From the NCBI GenBank assembly GCA_964434115.1, contig CAYSSX010000002.1:201680-265679 (forward strand): 64,000 nucleotides of DNA, written 5' to 3'. Below the pieces are notes generated by a model. The model worked only from the letters and a program-made list of their open reading frames with translations. It was not told the DNA's origin and searched no databases. This document shows positions 1 through 8,947 of the stretch, piece after piece. How positions within the stretch are numbered: the first letter of the stretch is position 1; each line of letters opens with the position of its first letter. Both the position numbers and the translations under genes were made by a program. Source of the stretch: an uncultured bacterium (GTDB taxonomy: Bacteria; Omnitrophota; Omnitrophia; Omnitrophales; Aquincolibacteriaceae).

Positions 1-255
1 AACATTTATGTTCAGGCGATTGATGATGTTGCAGCCAAAACTCTTGCGGCGTTTTCCACATTGGACAAAGAGTTTTTGAAGGTAAAGCCTAAAAAAGGAA
101 AAATCAGCGCATCTGAAAAGATGGGGCAGTTCTTTGCGGATCGTTTGAAGGAAAAGGGAATCAAGAAGGTCGCCTTTGACCGTGGTGGTTATAAGTACCA
201 TGGCCGCGTCAAGGCCCTTGCCGATTCTTTGAGACAGGCGGGGATTGAGCTATGA
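1..255 (+). CDS. rplR: 50S ribosomal protein L18, C-terminal part (5' end lies upstream of window)
   Basis: Open frame from base 1 with no stop; C-terminus [28 protein letters not shown] matches L18 signature; stop overlaps rpsE start. Confidence 0.85.
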   Translation, partial: NIYVQAIDDVAAKTLAAFSTLDKEFLKVKPKKGKISASEKMGQFFADRLKEKGIKKVAFDRGGYKYHGRVKALADSLRQAGIEL

Positions 256-812
256 AAGGGGAATCTAATACTTTGAACGAGAAAAACAGCAATCCAACGA
301 CTCCGAGCACGCGGCCCGCTTCGACTCGCGGTTCCAAAAGTGATGCAAGTACGGAAGTTTTTGAAAAAGTAATTCAAGTGAACCGCACTGCCAAAGTTGT
401 TAAGGGTGGAAGACGGTTTCACTTTAGCGCTCTTGTGGTTGTGGGAAATGGCGAGGGCGAAATCGGTTACTCTCTTGGAAAAGCCAATGAAGTCGCGGAT
501 GCTATTCGCAAGGCTTTGGCGGGCGCCAAAAAGAGCAAAATTAAAATCAAGCTCCGCGGTACAACCATCCCTCATGAAATTATCGGGCGTTATGGGGCGG
601 CTAAAGTTCTTCTGAAGCCTGCAGCTCCAGGCACAGGTGTTATTGCTGGAGGTTCTGTCCGTGCGGTATGCGAATCTGTCGGAATTAAAGATATTCTGAC
701 AAAAAGCTTGGGTAGTGATAACGCAATTAATGTTCTTAAGGCAACGATTAACGGTTTGACGTCCATGGTTAGCTCGAGGGAGCGCCTTGATGTTCCTGAG
801 GTGCAGTCATGA
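252..812 (+). CDS. rpsE: 30S ribosomal protein S5
   Basis: [39 protein letters not shown] motif; follows L18 as in spc operon. Confidence 0.95.
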   Translation: MKGESNTLNEKNSNPTTPSTRPASTRGSKSDASTEVFEKVIQVNRTAKVVKGGRRFHFSALVVVGNGEGEIGYSLGKANEVADAIRKALAGAKKSKIKIKLRGTTIPHEIIGRYGAAKVLLKPAAPGTGVIAGGSVRAVCESVGIKDILTKSLGSDNAINVLKATINGLTSMVSSRERLDVPEVQS

Positions 813-1243
813 GGGCAAAGTTTCCATACAAAAAAAGGCAAAAGCGCCGGGGTATTGGTTTAGGATCCGGTCACGGAAAAACTTCCGGTAAAGGTCATAA
901 AGGACAGCGGGCACGCTCCGGAGCTGGTAAGCACCCCGCTTATGAAGGCGGACAAAACCCTCTTTACAGGCGTTTGCCCAAGCGCGGATTCAACCGCAAT
1001 GCTCTTCGTGTTGAAATGCGGGTGGTGAACCTAGAGCTCTTGGCTGGACTCGGAGTTAAAGAAATCACTCCGGAAACACTGAAGCAGCATGGAATTTTAA
1101 AGAATGTGAAGAATGGTGTGAAGGTTTTAGGGACAGGTGAATTGAAAACCGCCCTGCAGGTGAAGGCTAACAGTTTTAGCGAAACCGCCAAAAAGAAAAT
1201 CGAACAAGCTGGCGGACAAGCTATCTTGATTGAGAAGAAATAA
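809..1243 (+). CDS. rplO: 50S ribosomal protein L15
   Basis: Gly/Lys-rich N-term [24 protein letters not shown] typical of L15; ATGA overlap with rpsE; no L30 gene between S5 and L15. Confidence 0.92.
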   Translation: MRAKFPYKKRQKRRGIGLGSGHGKTSGKGHKGQRARSGAGKHPAYEGGQNPLYRRLPKRGFNRNALRVEMRVVNLELLAGLGVKEITPETLKQHGILKNVKNGVKVLGTGELKTALQVKANSFSETAKKKIEQAGGQAILIEKK

Positions 1244-1251
1244 CAGGGTTC

Positions 1252-2607
1252 ATGTTACAAGCCTACGCTAATATTTTTAAAATCCCAGAATTGCGCAAGA
1301 AAGTTCTCTTTACCTTGCTCATTATTGTGATTTATCGCATAGGCGCACATATCCCTACGCCAGGAATCGATGGAACGGCGCTGGCAAGATTCTTTGCTAC
1401 GATCTCCAGATCCTCGGGCGGACAGCTCTTTGGAATTATGGGCATGTTTTCGGGCGGCGCTTTGCAAAAAGCCACCATCTTTGCATTGGGTATTATGCCG
1501 TATGTTTCCGCGTCTATTATTTTGCAGCTTTTGACGGTGGTCATACCGCAGCTTGAAAAAATGGCCAAAGAAGGCGAAGAAGGCCGCAAAAAAATCATTC
1601 AATATACCCGCTACGGCACGGTTATTCTTGCGATCATTCAGACTTTCTTTATCTCTTTGTGGCTGGAAAATCCAAACGCCTTTCAAGGGACGGTGATTGT
1701 TCCTAATCCGGGATGGGGTTTCCGGTTGATGACCATTCTCACACTGACCACCGGCACTGCGTTCATCATGTGGCTTGGAGAGCAGATTGATGAGTATGGA
1801 ATAGGTAATGGGATGTCCATCATTATTACGGCCGGAATTATCGAGTCTATTCCGACAGCGCTTTGGCAGACCTGGTTGCTGCTCTCACCGTTTGACCCTG
1901 CCCGCCAGCAGTTGGCGTGGTGGAAGTTTCTGCTTATGATTGTTCTTTTTATTGGAACGATTGTGGGTGTTATCCTAATTATCCAGGGGCAAAGAAAAAT
2001 TCCTGTCCAGTACGCAAAGCAGATGCGCGGCAACAGGATGTATGGCGGACAAAGCACTTACTTGCCGCTCAAAGTCAACCAGGCGGGCGTGATTCCTATT
2101 ATTTTTGCGCAGTCTGTTATTTTGTTTCCGGCCACTCTTGCCGGTTTCTTTCCCAATGCCGGGGTATTGACGACGATGGCTCGCGGTCTTACGCATGGCA
2201 CGATTACCTATGACGTCATTTATACAATTATGATTTTATTCTTCACCTTTTTTTATACAGCGATTACCTTTAACCCCTTGGAAGTCAGTGAGAATTTGCA
2301 AAAATTCGGCGGATTTATCCCGGGGATTCGTCCTGGAAAAAACACGGCAGAGTATTTGGATTATGTTATGACTCGAATTGCGGCGAGCGGGGCGGTTTTT
2401 CTTGCCCTTATTGCGCTTTTCCCGAGCATTGTTTCGTCACCCAAGATTTTAAATATTCCTTTCTTGATTGCGAGTTTTTTTGGCGGCACGGGTCTTCTCA
2501 TTATTGTGGGCGTTATTTTAGACACAATGAAGCAGATCGAGTCTCAGCTTTTAATGCGCCATTATGAGGGGTTTGTCAAAAAAGGAAAGTTGAAGGGAAG
2601 ACGATGA
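1252..2607 (+). CDS. secY: preprotein translocase subunit SecY
   Basis: 451 aa, 10-TM protein, conserved SecY position after L15, motifs GIMPY/ITAGI. Confidence 0.95.
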   Translation: MLQAYANIFKIPELRKKVLFTLLIIVIYRIGAHIPTPGIDGTALARFFATISRSSGGQLFGIMGMFSGGALQKATIFALGIMPYVSASIILQLLTVVIPQLEKMAKEGEEGRKKIIQYTRYGTVILAIIQTFFISLWLENPNAFQGTVIVPNPGWGFRLMTILTLTTGTAFIMWLGEQIDEYGIGNGMSIIITAGIIESIPTALWQTWLLLSPFDPARQQLAWWKFLLMIVLFIGTIVGVILIIQGQRKIPVQYAKQMRGNRMYGGQSTYLPLKVNQAGVIPIIFAQSVILFPATLAGFFPNAGVLTTMARGLTHGTITYDVIYTIMILFFTFFYTAITFNPLEVSENLQKFGGFIPGIRPGKNTAEYLDYVMTRIAASGAVFLALIALFPSIVSSPKILNIPFLIASFFGGTGLLIIVGVILDTMKQIESQLLMRHYEGFVKKGKLKGRR

Positions 2608-3266
2608 AAGTAATTTTTTTAGGCCCCCCTGGAGCAGGTAAAGGTACGCACGCTAAGATTATTGCGGAAAGTTATAAGCTGGCTCATTTGGCAGCGGGAG
2701 ATTGCCTTCGTAGACATATTCGCGGAAATACGAATCTCGGAATTAAAGCAAAAGATATTATCGAAAAAGGTTCTCTTGTTCCGGATCAGCTCGTTAATGA
2801 GATGATGGAAGAAGAAATGTGGCGCTCAAAGACAATGCATAAAGGGTTTATCCTGGATGGATATCCGCGCACCATTAAGCAGGCGGAAGCCCTCGATAAA
2901 TACTTCAAAAAAGAAAAAAGCACATTGAGCGGAACCATTAATTTTAAGGCCTCTGAAAAAATGATTTTGGAGCGGTTGGGCGGACGGCTTGCCTGCGTAC
3001 AATGCGGCGCAAATTATCATGTGAAAAACATCCCGCCTAAAAAGCCGGGGCTTTGTGATAAATGCGGCGGTGAACTTAAGCAGCGCAAAGATGATACCCC
3101 TGAAACGATTAAGCATCGCCTTGATGTTTACCATAGCGAAACGGCTCCTTTGATTGAGTACTATTCAAAGAAGGGGTTGTTATTTGATGTTGATGGGGAT
3201 TTAGGCATTAAGGATCTTCAGGAAAAACTTGTCGCGCTCTTTGAAAGATTCAAGAACACGAAATGA
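2604..3266 (+). CDS. adk: adenylate kinase (zinc-lid type)
   Basis: P-loop GPPGAGKGT; CVQC...CDKC zinc lid; ATGA overlap with secY. Confidence 0.95.
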   Translation: MKVIFLGPPGAGKGTHAKIIAESYKLAHLAAGDCLRRHIRGNTNLGIKAKDIIEKGSLVPDQLVNEMMEEEMWRSKTMHKGFILDGYPRTIKQAEALDKYFKKEKSTLSGTINFKASEKMILERLGGRLACVQCGANYHVKNIPPKKPGLCDKCGGELKQRKDDTPETIKHRLDVYHSETAPLIEYYSKKGLLFDVDGDLGIKDLQEKLVALFERFKNTK

Positions 3267-4009
3267 TTTCGCTTAAGTCCCGGCGTGAAATCGAATTGAT
3301 GGCTGAGGCGGGAAAGATTCTCAAAGCAGTTTTTGTTGCTGTTGAGCCGGCGATTAAGCCCGGAGTTACGACGCTTCAACTGGATGAGCTTGCCGAAAAA
3401 ACAATCCAGGCGGCAGGGGGCAAGCCGGCGTTCAAGGGATATCGTAATTTCCCTGGAACAGCGTGCATCTCGGTCAATGAGGAAGTGGTTCATGGAATCC
3501 CGGGGCCGCGCGTTCTGAAGGAAGGCGATCTTGTAAGTTTTGACTGTGGTGTTTTGCTTAAAGGATACTATGTCGACGCGGCTAGAACTTGGTCGGTAGG
3601 CAAAGTAGCATCTGCAAAACAAAGGCTTATTGACACCGCCCGCGATTCATTTTTGGCAGGACTTGATGCTTACAAGCCGGGTTTAAGAATCGGTGATCTT
3701 TCTGTAGCGATTCAAGAGTGTATTGAATCACGCGGCTTTCAAGTAGTTCGTGATTTTGTGGGGCATGGAATCGGGAAGGCCATCCACGAAGATCCTCAAG
3801 TTCCCAATTATGGTAAAGCGGGACGCGGACCCAAGATCGAGTATGGCTTGTGTTTGGCCATAGAGCCGATGGTGACAGAGGGAAGTTGTGCGGTTGAGGT
3901 TCTTGAAGACGGCTGGACGGTTGTAACGCAGGATCGAAAAATGGCGAGCCACTATGAAGACACGGTGGCATTTACGGATCAAGGGATTCTTAATCTTACA
4001 TGTGATTGA
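3263..4009 (+). CDS. map: type I methionine aminopeptidase
   Basis: 248 aa, metal-binding FVGHGIG / HYEDTV motifs; conserved position. Confidence 0.93.
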   Translation: MISLKSRREIELMAEAGKILKAVFVAVEPAIKPGVTTLQLDELAEKTIQAAGGKPAFKGYRNFPGTACISVNEEVVHGIPGPRVLKEGDLVSFDCGVLLKGYYVDAARTWSVGKVASAKQRLIDTARDSFLAGLDAYKPGLRIGDLSVAIQECIESRGFQVVRDFVGHGIGKAIHEDPQVPNYGKAGRGPKIEYGLCLAIEPMVTEGSCAVEVLEDGWTVVTQDRKMASHYEDTVAFTDQGILNLTCD

Positions 4010-4048
4010 GAATCATGTGATTGAGAATTAGGAGAGACGAGACAGAGA

Positions 4049-4267
4049 ATGCCCAAAGAAGACGCCATTGAAGTTGAAGGAGTTGTTATAGAGCCGTTAC
4101 CCAATGCCATGTTTCGTGTTGAGCTGGAAAACGGACATAAAGTTTTGGCACATATTTCGGGCAAGATGCGGATGAACTACATACGCATTTTACCCGGTGA
4201 CAAAGTGAAGGTGGAATTGTCGCCGTACGATTTGACGCGCGGCAGAATCACTTTTCGCGTGAAGTAA
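4049..4267 (+). CDS. infA: translation initiation factor IF-1
   Basis: 72 aa S1-like OB fold, [33 protein letters not shown]. Confidence 0.95.
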   Translation: MPKEDAIEVEGVVIEPLPNAMFRVELENGHKVLAHISGKMRMNYIRILPGDKVKVELSPYDLTRGRITFRVK

Positions 4268-4310
4268 ACGGGCAAGCCCCGAAAAATCAGTGAACATTTG
4301 AGGCTATGTT

Positions 4311-4424
4311 ATGAAGGTAAGAAGTTCGGTAAGAAGAATTTGTGAAAATTGTAAAATTGTCCGTCGCAAGCGCATTGTTTATGTGATTTGCTCTAATCCC
4401 AAACACAAGCAGCGTCAGGGCTAG
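4311..4424 (+). CDS. rpmJ: 50S ribosomal protein L36
   Basis: 37-aa [40 protein letters not shown] (C-x2-C...C-x4-H zinc ribbon); below the 60-aa ORF-track cutoff; between infA and rpsM. Confidence 0.9.
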   Translation: MKVRSSVRRICENCKIVRRKRIVYVICSNPKHKQRQG

Positions 4425-4456
4425 AGATTCATTTTCGAGGAGAAGGAGTTTAAGGT

Positions 4457-4843
4457 ATGCCGCGTATTTTGGGTGTTGATATTCCAAGAGAAAAAACGAG
4501 CTGGATCGCGCTTACGTATCTTTATGGAATTGGCCGGACAGTATCGAAGGCCATTTTGAAGAAGGCGAACATTGATCCTAAAAAGCGCGCCAAGGATTTG
4601 ACGGATCAGGAAGTTTCCGCCATAACAAGCATCATTCAAGAGCAGTATAAAGCGGAGGGTGACCTTCGCCGTGAAGTTCAGCAAAACATTAAGCGGTTGA
4701 TGGATATCCGCGCGTATCGCGGTCTCCGCCACATTAAGGGTCTTCCGGTGCACGGACAGAGAACCCACACGAACTCACGCACACGCAAAGGTCCGAGACG
4801 CACGATGAGCGGACTGAATAAAAAACCGCCGACAGCGAAATAG
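4457..4843 (+). CDS. rpsM: 30S ribosomal protein S13
   Basis: [28 protein letters not shown] canonical S13 N-terminus. Confidence 0.95.
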   Translation: MPRILGVDIPREKTSWIALTYLYGIGRTVSKAILKKANIDPKKRAKDLTDQEVSAITSIIQEQYKAEGDLRREVQQNIKRLMDIRAYRGLRHIKGLPVHGQRTHTNSRTRKGPRRTMSGLNKKPPTAK

Positions 4844-4895
4844 GCTTTAGGTTTGTAGTTGCGGCTTAAAATTTTCGAAGAAATCAGAGGGGAGT

Positions 4896-5267
4896 ATGGC
4901 AAAAAAGAAAAAAGTTAAAAGTGTTGTTAAGGGACACGCGCATATCAACGCGAGTTTTAATAACACAGTAGTGACCATTACGGATCTTCAGGGCAATGCG
5001 GTTTGCTGGTCATCTTCCGGTTCCGCGGGCTTCAAGGGATCCAAGAAATCAACACCCTTTGCCGCTCAGGTTGCTTCTGAACAAGCCGCTAAGAAAGCTC
5101 TCGAAGCAGGAATGAAGGAAGTGGAAGTTTATGTAAAGGGGCCGGGCGCTGGCCGTGAATCGGCTATCCGTGCTCTTCAGGCAGCGGGGCTTCAGGTCAG
5201 TACTATTCATGACATTACACCCATACCTCATAATGGGTGCCGCCCGCCCAAAAGAAGGAGAGTTTAA
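4896..5267 (+). CDS. rpsK: 30S ribosomal protein S11
   Basis: [46 protein letters not shown]. Confidence 0.95.
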   Translation: MAKKKKVKSVVKGHAHINASFNNTVVTITDLQGNAVCWSSSGSAGFKGSKKSTPFAAQVASEQAAKKALEAGMKEVEVYVKGPGAGRESAIRALQAAGLQVSTIHDITPIPHNGCRPPKRRRV

Positions 5268-5271
5268 TTTT

Positions 5272-5895
5272 ATGGGAAGATACACAGGTCCAGTTGTTCG
5301 TCTTTCGCGTCGCGAAGGGATTAACCTTTTCCTCAAGGGCAGCCGCCGCTCAGATGACAAGGTCGCCAAGAGGCTCGAAAAAGCCCCAGGAATGCACGGA
5401 GCACGGCGCGGGAAGCTTTCCGACTATGGGCTTCAGCTGCGTGAAAAGCAAAAGCTGAAGAGAATTTATGGTCTGATGGAGAAACAATTCCGCGTTTTCT
5501 TCAAGCGTGCCTCACGCAAACAAGGTGTAACAGGCGAAAATCTGATTCAGCTTTTGGAATCCCGGCTGGACAACGTGGTTTATCGTCTTCTTTATGCAAC
5601 AACAAGACGTGAATCCCGACAGATGGTTAATCATGGTCACATCTGTGTTAATGATAAGCCGGTAGATATTTCGTCTTACATTGTACGCGTAGGTGACAAG
5701 ATTACCCCGAAAAACAAAGAAGCAACGATAGCGCGTATCAAAGCCCGTGTGGAAACGATGGATGACTATCCCGTTCCCGATTGGCTCTCGCTCGATAAGA
5801 CGACTCTCGAAGGAAAAGTTCTGAGACTTCCGACAAAAGCGGACGCTCAGCTCCCCGTGGAAGAATCCCTTATCGTTGAATTGTTTTCCAAATAA
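5272..5895 (+). CDS. rpsD: 30S ribosomal protein S4
   Basis: True start MGRYTGPVVRLSRREG at 5272 with AAGGAG RBS; the track ORF from 5155 is an upstream extension overlapping rpsK. Confidence 0.93.
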   Translation: MGRYTGPVVRLSRREGINLFLKGSRRSDDKVAKRLEKAPGMHGARRGKLSDYGLQLREKQKLKRIYGLMEKQFRVFFKRASRKQGVTGENLIQLLESRLDNVVYRLLYATTRRESRQMVNHGHICVNDKPVDISSYIVRVGDKITPKNKEATIARIKARVETMDDYPVPDWLSLDKTTLEGKVLRLPTKADAQLPVEESLIVELFSK

Positions 5896-5999
5896 CAAGC
5901 CTGATTTGAAGACTGCCCCGAAGTGTTGCTGGGCAGCATGTTTTAAGCAGACGCAAATTTTAAGTAGTTCATCGCTGAGATCGATCTAAGGAGGAAAAA

Positions 6000-6992
6000 A
6001 TGGGAATTCGTTGGAAAACCTTCGAAATGCCGAAACGGCTCGAAGTTGACAAAGAGACCCTGACACCAACCTATGGCAAATTTTATGCTGAGCCTTTCGA
6101 GCGGGGTTACGGGACGACAATTGGAAACTCTCTCCGCCGCGTTTTGATTTCATCGATTGATGGTGCCGCGATCACGGGCATTAAAATCAATGGAATGCTG
6201 CATGAATTTTCCAGTCTTGAAGGTGTTCTTGAAGACGGCGCCCAGATTGTGCTGAATATTAAGAAGGTTGTTCTGCGCTATCACGGCAAAGGTCCCAAGA
6301 CCGTTATGATTGATGTGAAAAAGGCCGGCCCCGTGAAGGCGTCGGATATTAAATCGGACGAGTCGCTTGAAGTGGTAAATCCTGATCACGTTATTTGCAC
6401 CCTCACTAAGGAAGTCCATTTTCAAATGGAGCTTGAAATTGACCGTGGGCGCGGATATGTTCCTGCCGAACGTAACAAAAAAGAAGGCGCCTCAATCGGA
6501 GTCATTCCGGTGGACTCGATCTTCTCACCTGTCACTCAAGTGAATTTCCGCGTCGAAGATACACGTGTTGGACAGATTACGGACTACGACAGGCTGCTTC
6601 TTGAAATCTGGACCAATGGCGCCGTATCTCCGGAAGAAGCCCTTCTGTATGCGTCTAACATTCTTCAGCGTCACCTCGATATCTTCGTCAATTACGGAGA
6701 GCTTCCTGAAGAAGAAGAGGAAGAGGATGTGGAAGAGGATGGGGCATTTAAAGAATTGATCGCTAAGCCGATCAGCGAGCTTGAGCTTTCTGTCCGCAGT
6801 GCAAACTGCTTGGAAGCCGCTAACATTAAATCCATCGGGGATCTTGTTCAGAAAACCGAGGCCCAAATGCTCAAGTATAAAAATTTCGGCAAAAAGTCGC
6901 TTTCAGAAATCACCGCCATTCTTACAGGAATGGGGCTTTCGCTCGGCATGAATGTCGAGGAAAGATTGAAGTCGGCGGCAGTCAAATCTTAA
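6000..6992 (+). CDS. rpoA: DNA-directed RNA polymerase alpha subunit
   Basis: 330 aa, N-terminal dimerisation domain and C-terminal aCTD (SVRSANCLEAANIKSIGDL). Confidence 0.95.
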   Translation: MGIRWKTFEMPKRLEVDKETLTPTYGKFYAEPFERGYGTTIGNSLRRVLISSIDGAAITGIKINGMLHEFSSLEGVLEDGAQIVLNIKKVVLRYHGKGPKTVMIDVKKAGPVKASDIKSDESLEVVNPDHVICTLTKEVHFQMELEIDRGRGYVPAERNKKEGASIGVIPVDSIFSPVTQVNFRVEDTRVGQITDYDRLLLEIWTNGAVSPEEALLYASNILQRHLDIFVNYGELPEEEEEEDVEEDGAFKELIAKPISELELSVRSANCLEAANIKSIGDLVQKTEAQMLKYKNFGKKSLSEITAILTGMGLSLGMNVEERLKSAAVKS

Positions 6993-7016
6993 CGTTTTTT
7001 TGATCAAGAGGATTTT

Positions 7017-7658
7017 ATGCATCACAAAAGATTGCGGAGAAAACTGGGAAGAAAAAGCGAGCATCGAATTGCGCTTTTGAGAAATCTTCTGAAGAGCCTT
7101 GTTATTCACAAGCGCATTCAGACGACGGTCATGAAAGCTAAGGAGGCGAGCGCTTTCTCAGACAGCATGGTTGAGCTGGCAAAGAAAGGTGACTTGCATT
7201 CACGCCGCATTCTTATTGCCCGTTTGGGATGCGCGGAAACGGCAGCCCTGCTGATCAAGCAGATTGCGCCTCAGTTCAAAGACCGTAAAGGCGGTTATAC
7301 CCGGGTTCTCAAACTCGGTATTCAGCGTCCTGGCGACGGCGGACAAAAAGCGATTCTTGAATTTACGGCGGCATTTGAGTCGACTCAAGAAAAGCGTGCT
7401 AAAGCCGCTGAAAAAGCAAAGAAGAAAGCTGAGAAGGAAGCCGCTAAGGCCGCTACTGAAAAAGTGGAATCCCCAAAAGAAAAGAAAACCGCGAAGCCTA
7501 AAACATCTAAGGTTGAAAAAGCCAAAGATGATGAAAAGCCCAAAGCTAAGGCCAAGGCAGAAGAGCCTTCTGAAAAAGAAGGGGCCGACAAAAAAGAGGG
7601 CGAGAAAAAAGGCGGATTTCTAGGAACTTTGAGAAAATTTCTCAAAGGCGACGAATAA
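7017..7658 (+). CDS. rplQ: 50S ribosomal protein L17 with ~90-aa Lys/Ala/Glu-rich C-terminal extension
   Basis: N-terminal ~120 aa is canonical L17 (MHHKRLRRKLGRKSEHR...GGYTRVLKLG); the tail is low-complexity KAAEKAKKKAEKEAAKA... Confidence 0.9.
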   Translation: MHHKRLRRKLGRKSEHRIALLRNLLKSLVIHKRIQTTVMKAKEASAFSDSMVELAKKGDLHSRRILIARLGCAETAALLIKQIAPQFKDRKGGYTRVLKLGIQRPGDGGQKAILEFTAAFESTQEKRAKAAEKAKKKAEKEAAKAATEKVESPKEKKTAKPKTSKVEKAKDDEKPKAKAKAEEPSEKEGADKKEGEKKGGFLGTLRKFLKGDE

Positions 7659-7667
7659 ATTCCCACC

Positions 7668-8864
7668 ATGAGCGTAAGCTCCGTTCAGGAACGCATGGAG
7701 TTATCGAAACGGGTTTCCCTGCTTGAGCCTTCTGAAACTTTAGCTATCGCAGCCAAAGCCAAAGAACTTCAAAGCAAAGGGATTGATGTTGTTTCCCTAA
7801 GCGCGGGAGAGCCCGATTTCGATACCCCCGATTTTATTAAAGAAGCTGCTGCTCAGGCGCTTCTTAAGGGCGCTACGAAATACACGCCCGCAACAGGAAC
7901 TCTTGAGCTCAGAGAAGCTGTGATTCGGAAGTTTCAGCGTGATCAAGGGCTTACGTTTCCGGCAGATCAAATCATTGTTTCGAGCGGTGCCAAGCACTCT
8001 CTCTATAACGTCTTCACGACCCTTCTAAACGAAGGTGACGAGGTTCTGATTCCCGCACCTTATTGGCTTAGTTATTCGGCCATGGTGACTCTTGCCGGCG
8101 GGGTGTCAGTGATCGTTCCGACCGCTGAAGTCACCCAGTTTAAGCTCACTCCGGATGTTCTTCGTAAGGCGATTACGGGCAAGACAAAAATTCTGGTCAT
8201 TAACTCGCCCTCAAATCCAACAGGCGCCGTCTACACCCGTGAGGAGCTGCAAGGACTGATTAGGGTCCTTAAGGAATTCCCGAAAGTTTTTATCGTAAGC
8301 GATGAGATTTATGAGAAATTGATTTTTGATGGGCAGAAGCATATCTCAATCGCGACCCTGGATCCTGAAATTGCCCAGAGGACCGTTATTGTAAACGGAC
8401 ACAGTAAAGCCTATGCCATGACCGGCTGGCGTCTCGGGTATGCCGCTTGTCCCAATAAAGAAATGGCCAGGGCCATGTCAAGCCTGCAAAGCCATTCGAC
8501 TTCCAACCCAACGTCTTTTGCGCAAGCGGGAGGAGTTGTGGCGCTTGATCGCGGCGATGAAGAAGCTGCCCGGATGTGCAAAGTGTATGAAAAACGCCGG
8601 AACATGTTCTATGAGTTGATAGCAGGCATTAAGCCTTTAAAGCCGTTCCGTCCTCAGGGTGCTTTTTATCTGTTTGTGAATATTGCTGAGACGGGAATTT
8701 CTTCAACGGAGCTGATTCAGCGGCTTTTAGAAGAAGCCCATGTAGCGACTATTCCCGGGAAACCTTTTGGCAGTGATGCCCACATCCGTATGAGCTTTGC
8801 GACTTCCGAAATCAAGCTTGAAGAAGCCGCCCGCCGTTTGAAACAGTGGTTTGCTAAGTTTTAA
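7668..8864 (+). CDS. class I/II PLP-dependent aminotransferase (aspartate aminotransferase-like)
   Basis: SAGEPDFDTP, NSPSNPTG, PLP-lysine region NGHSKAYAMTGWRLGY. Confidence 0.85.
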   Translation: MSVSSVQERMELSKRVSLLEPSETLAIAAKAKELQSKGIDVVSLSAGEPDFDTPDFIKEAAAQALLKGATKYTPATGTLELREAVIRKFQRDQGLTFPADQIIVSSGAKHSLYNVFTTLLNEGDEVLIPAPYWLSYSAMVTLAGGVSVIVPTAEVTQFKLTPDVLRKAITGKTKILVINSPSNPTGAVYTREELQGLIRVLKEFPKVFIVSDEIYEKLIFDGQKHISIATLDPEIAQRTVIVNGHSKAYAMTGWRLGYAACPNKEMARAMSSLQSHSTSNPTSFAQAGGVVALDRGDEEAARMCKVYEKRRNMFYELIAGIKPLKPFRPQGAFYLFVNIAETGISSTELIQRLLEEAHVATIPGKPFGSDAHIRMSFATSEIKLEEAARRLKQWFAKF

Positions 8865-8947
8865 TCAAGCGCTCTCTCCCAAGACCCATCCGCTGTCTTT
8901 TCCCCGTTGTTTTTGTGCTAAAATCTCTCCCCGAGGATATATTTTAA

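Noticed and set aside
5155-5271. Upstream extension of the rpsD ORF overlapping rpsK
   Set aside because: The canonical S4 N-terminus MGRYTGP begins at 5272 with an AAGGAG RBS. The extension would overlap S11 by about 110 nt.
5896-5999. CTGCCC-N12-GGGCAG hairpin between rpsD and rpoA
   Set aside because: A 6-bp stem with a long loop and no following T-tract. Could be the usual intra-operon attenuator, but the evidence is too thin to annotate.
7264-7623. 119-aa Lys/Arg-rich ORF in an alternative + frame within rplQ
   Set aside because: Produced by the purine-rich repeat encoding the L17 tail. Overlaps the genuine frame entirely.
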